DNA from: Oceanispirochaeta sp. | Lineage (GTDB): Bacteria > Spirochaetota > Spirochaetia > DSM-2461 | DNA: 64,000 bases | Assembly: GCA_963666275.2 (NCBI GenBank) | Contig: CAXXOA010000003.1 | Span: 42,653 to 106,652 of the forward strand | Reading direction: 5' to 3' | In this document: piece after piece, positions 61,697-64,000 of the stretch | Layout: each line of letters begins with the position of its first letter | Position numbering within the stretch: the stretch's first letter is position 1 | Notes under the pieces: model-generated | The model's database searches: none | What the model was told of the DNA's origin: nothing | The model's input: only the letters and a program-made list of their open reading frames with translations | Made by a program: the position numbers and the translations under genes

Positions 61697-63175
61697 ATGC
61701 CGTCCCATTTACTGCTGGAAAGTCCTGCGGAAGAATTCCTGCAGATCATTCTCAATGCCCTGAAAGACCTAGTGGATTATGAACTGGCAGTGATTCTCAA
61801 GTTCCGGGATGCTACCACCCTGGATGTTCAGAAAGCTGACGGCCCTCTTCTGAATGAAAAAATCGCCCGATTCAGTATTGATCTGGAAAACCGGAAGGAT
61901 CTGGCTGAACTGATAAACAGGAAACAGCCCTATGTCTTTCCCGAGGATCAGGACCATGTGGATACCTATGAGGAAATTCTGGATCTGCCGGAAGGTCACT
62001 CCTGTATGATTGCTCCTCTCCATCTGGAGGACTCTCCTGTGGGGCTGCTCACTCTGGATCATCGGGTCTGCCGCAAATATACACCAGATGTTGTGCGGTT
62101 TATCGGCTCTATCTCCCGTCTGATCTCTATTATTCTCTCTCAGAATGATACCTCTCGCTATCTGCTGGAACAGAGCCGGAAACTCACTGAAGAGAGGAAT
62201 CTCCTTCTTCAGATGGATGATGAAAGGTTTCGGAGAGTTATAGGCCGTTCCGCTCCCTGGCAGGCTGTTCTGGATTCTGTAAAGATTGTTGCCGGATCGG
62301 ATCTGTCTGTTCTGATACAGGGCGAGACCGGTACGGGAAAAGAGGAGATTGCCCGGCTGGTTCATCGGCTCAGTTCCCGGAAAGACGGCCCTTTTATTGC
62401 CCTGAACTGCTCGGCTCTTTCTCCCTCTCTGGCGGAAAGTGAACTTTTCGGCCATGAAAAAGGGGCTTTTACAGGGGCCTACAGCCGGAAGAAAGGACGA
62501 TTTGAACTGGCTCATGGGGGCACCCTCTTTCTGGATGAGATCGGAGACCTTCCCGCTGAGCTGCAGCCCAAAATCCTCCGGGCTTTGCAGGAGGGGGTAT
62601 ATGAGCGTGTCGGAGGGGAGGAGTCGGTATTCAGCAATGTCCGGGTTATAGCTGCCAGTCATGTGGACCTAGCCGGGGCCGTGGAGAACAGGAGTTTTCG
62701 GGAAGACCTCTTTTACAGGCTCAGTGAGTACCCCGTCTATCTTCCTTCACTGCGGGAAAGAGGGGATGATGTCATCCTTCTGGCGGAATATTTTGTGAAC
62801 AACCTGAGAAAAGAGGGAGACTATCCTTTTCTTCAGATAGACAGAGGTGCTCTGGATGCTCTGGCTTCTTATAAATGGCCCGGTAATGTGAGGGAGCTGT
62901 ACAATTATATCCGGAGAGGCGCGGTCCTCTCCGGGGGAACCAAGATCAGGAGAGAACACCTTTTTAGCGGGAATCACCTGCCTGAAACATCCAGTCCTCC
63001 TCCTGCCTCCATGATGACTCTCGATGACGCGATCGCCTCCCATATCAGAGCCGCTCTGCAGGAGTGCGGAGGGAAAATCTATGGACCGGGGGGGGCGGCA
63101 GAAAGGCTGGATGTCAAACCGTCCACATTGCAGAGCAAAATGAAAAAACTCGGAATACACGCGAAAGAACCGTAA
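61697..63175 (+). CDS. Sigma-54-dependent transcriptional activator with N-terminal GAF domain (no receiver domain)
   Basis: The ORF starts at 61637, but that part contains the inverted repeat 61645-61671. ATG 61697 lies 8 nt after GGAGG. It has a GAF-like N-domain, Walker [15 protein letters not shown] (EKGAFTGA), and a C-terminal HTH. Confidence 0.9.
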   Translation: MPSHLLLESPAEEFLQIILNALKDLVDYELAVILKFRDATTLDVQKADGPLLNEKIARFSIDLENRKDLAELINRKQPYVFPEDQDHVDTYEEILDLPEGHSCMIAPLHLEDSPVGLLTLDHRVCRKYTPDVVRFIGSISRLISIILSQNDTSRYLLEQSRKLTEERNLLLQMDDERFRRVIGRSAPWQAVLDSVKIVAGSDLSVLIQGETGTGKEEIARLVHRLSSRKDGPFIALNCSALSPSLAESELFGHEKGAFTGAYSRKKGRFELAHGGTLFLDEIGDLPAELQPKILRALQEGVYERVGGEESVFSNVRVIAASHVDLAGAVENRSFREDLFYRLSEYPVYLPSLRERGDDVILLAEYFVNNLRKEGDYPFLQIDRGALDALASYKWPGNVRELYNYIRRGAVLSGGTKIRREHLFSGNHLPETSSPPPASMMTLDDAIASHIRAALQECGGKIYGPGGAAERLDVKPSTLQSKMKKLGIHAKEP

Positions 63176-63179
63176 AATC

Positions 63180-64000
63180 TCAATTCTCCAGCCCCAGGAT
63201 ATCTCCCGGGATAAAGCTCATGGCATTCCTTTCCGCATACTCTTCTGCCTTCTTTACCGCTTCGGCAAGACTCCTGCCATGGAAGATCTCCTCCGCAAGG
63301 CCGGCCGTATAGGCATCGCCGCAGCCGATGGGATTCCGCCAGTCCTTCAGTTCTCCCGGTGTACTGCGGGAGATGTTTCCCTTGTCGCAGATCAGGGTTG
63401 TACCGTCTCCGTTGGTGAGGATTACAGAACAGTGGTAGTGATCGTAAATTTCCCCCATGGCTTTTTCAAGCTTCTCTTCGGAAACCATTTGGTAGTTCTC
63501 TCCCTTCAGGAATGTTTCGCAGAACTCCTCCCGATTGGGCTTTATGATATCCGGAGCGAATTTCAGGCATTCCTGCAGCTCTTTTCCCCTGATATCCAGG
63601 ATAAGCAGCTTTCCTGCGTTTTTTGCCCGCCGGCTCATTTCCGGATAGATCTTTTCAGAGAATCCGTCTGCATGGGATCCGGATATTATGACTATGGAAG
63701 AGTCATGGAGCAGCCGGGAGAAGGAGGATAACATTTCCTCTTCCGCACCGGGAGGGACGGGACGGCCATGTTCCACAATTTCAGTGGTTTCACCGGAAGC
63801 CCGGTCCAGGAGGGTATAACAGCCTCTGACTTCCGAGGGGATGGGGATGAACTCTATTGGAAGTTTCTGCTTTACTATGGATTTATAAAAGCTGCCTTCC
63901 GGAGCATCGCCATAAGTCAGATGCCTTACAGGGACTCCTGCCTGGTGCAGGACTCTTGTGACATTGAAGCCCTTTCCGGCACAGCTGGAGGTGTAGATGC
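63180..64000 (-). CDS. PfkB-family sugar-phosphate kinase (1-phosphofructokinase/tagatose-6-P kinase-like); 5' end beyond the right window edge
   Basis: The track lists 63180-63776, but the frame stays open to base 64000. My upstream translation reads ...IYTSSCAGKGFNVTRVLHQAGVPV...GETTEIVEHG. C-terminal motif: NPIGCGDAYTAG. Confidence 0.85.
   Translation of the reverse strand, partial: IYTSSCAGKGFNVTRVLHQAGVPVRHLTYGDAPEGSFYKSIVKQKLPIEFIPIPSEVRGCYTLLDRASGETTEIVEHGRPVPPGAEEEMLSSFSRLLHDSSIVIISGSHADGFSEKIYPEMSRRAKNAGKLLILDIRGKELQECLKFAPDIIKPNREEFCETFLKGENYQMVSEEKLEKAMGEIYDHYHCSVILTNGDGTTLICDKGNISRSTPGELKDWRNPIGCGDAYTAGLAEEIFHGRSLAEAVKKAEEYAERNAMSFIPGDILGLEN

Noticed and set aside
1-64000. A search by eye for rRNA, tRNA, CRISPR arrays, IS elements, transposases, integrases, phage genes and known multi-gene defence systems.
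   Set aside because: I found no regularly spaced direct-repeat array. No intergenic region is long enough or cloverleaf-like for a tRNA, and no DDE, tyrosine- or serine-recombinase motif appears in any ORF. Only vapBC qualifies as a defence/addiction-type module. A proper tRNAscan/Infernal/CRISPR scan is still advisable.

Overview
This is a 64-kb, gene-dense chromosomal segment with about 56 protein-coding genes. SD-type ribosome-binding sites (AGGAGG) and frequent TTG/GTG starts are visible. I recognised no rRNA, tRNA, CRISPR array, transposase, integrase or phage genes. The gene mix (2-hydroxyacyl-CoA dehydratase, glycyl-radical enzyme, sigma-54 activators, chemoreceptor, c-di-GMP enzymes, many TTT transporters) suggests a free-living, motile, anaerobic or facultative bacterium; I cannot assign a taxon from sequence alone.

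Left to right:
1. 1-8993: 2-hydroxyacyl-CoA dehydratase subunit (cut by the window edge) plus its ATP-dependent activator, divergent from an acyl-CoA ligase, a GntR/FCD regulator and a GlcD/GlcF/GlcE-like FAD/Fe-S/FAD dehydrogenase trio.
2. 9254-10978: an orphan URO-D-family gene with a convergent TetR gene.
3. 11105-16838: a MerR/GyrI regulator followed by a glycyl-radical enzyme (GRE) operon (activase, 797-aa GRE, permease), expressed from a textbook MerR-type promoter.
4. 16880-26590: an esterase/MBL/DUF3237 operon, then an esterase plus TctC-TctB-TctA-TctC operon with a perfect sigma-54 promoter and a divergent PrpR-type sigma-54 activator.
5. 26632-38031: a glucarate/galactarate locus (garD, two gudD paralogs, second tctCBA, garR, a DapA-family aldolase/dehydratase, cdaR).
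6. 38185-48321: MarR plus aminotransferase, a chemoreceptor with an extracytoplasmic CZB zinc-binding module, an FHA-LuxR regulator, a secreted protein with two FMN-binding domains carrying flavinylation motifs, a MATE pump, a Nudix hydrolase and vapBC.
7. 48335-59235: a cytoplasmic molybdopterin oxidoreductase, psuG plus HTH-fused psuK, two c-di-GMP enzymes, an AEC permease and an FGGY kinase.
8. 59874-64000: a dps-peroxiredoxin operon with a second perfect sigma-54 promoter and a divergent GAF-domain sigma-54 activator, then a partial PfkB kinase at the right edge.

Best candidates for undescribed biology:
- the orphan GRE operon, whose thiyl-Cys loop reads GCLD rather than the eliminase GCVE;
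- the sigma-54/PrpR-controlled esterase-TTT uptake operon;
- the sigma-54/GAF-controlled dps-prx module;
- the diacid locus, which has a DapA-family enzyme where GarL would be expected.

All functional calls rest on motif recognition by eye. No database search was run.
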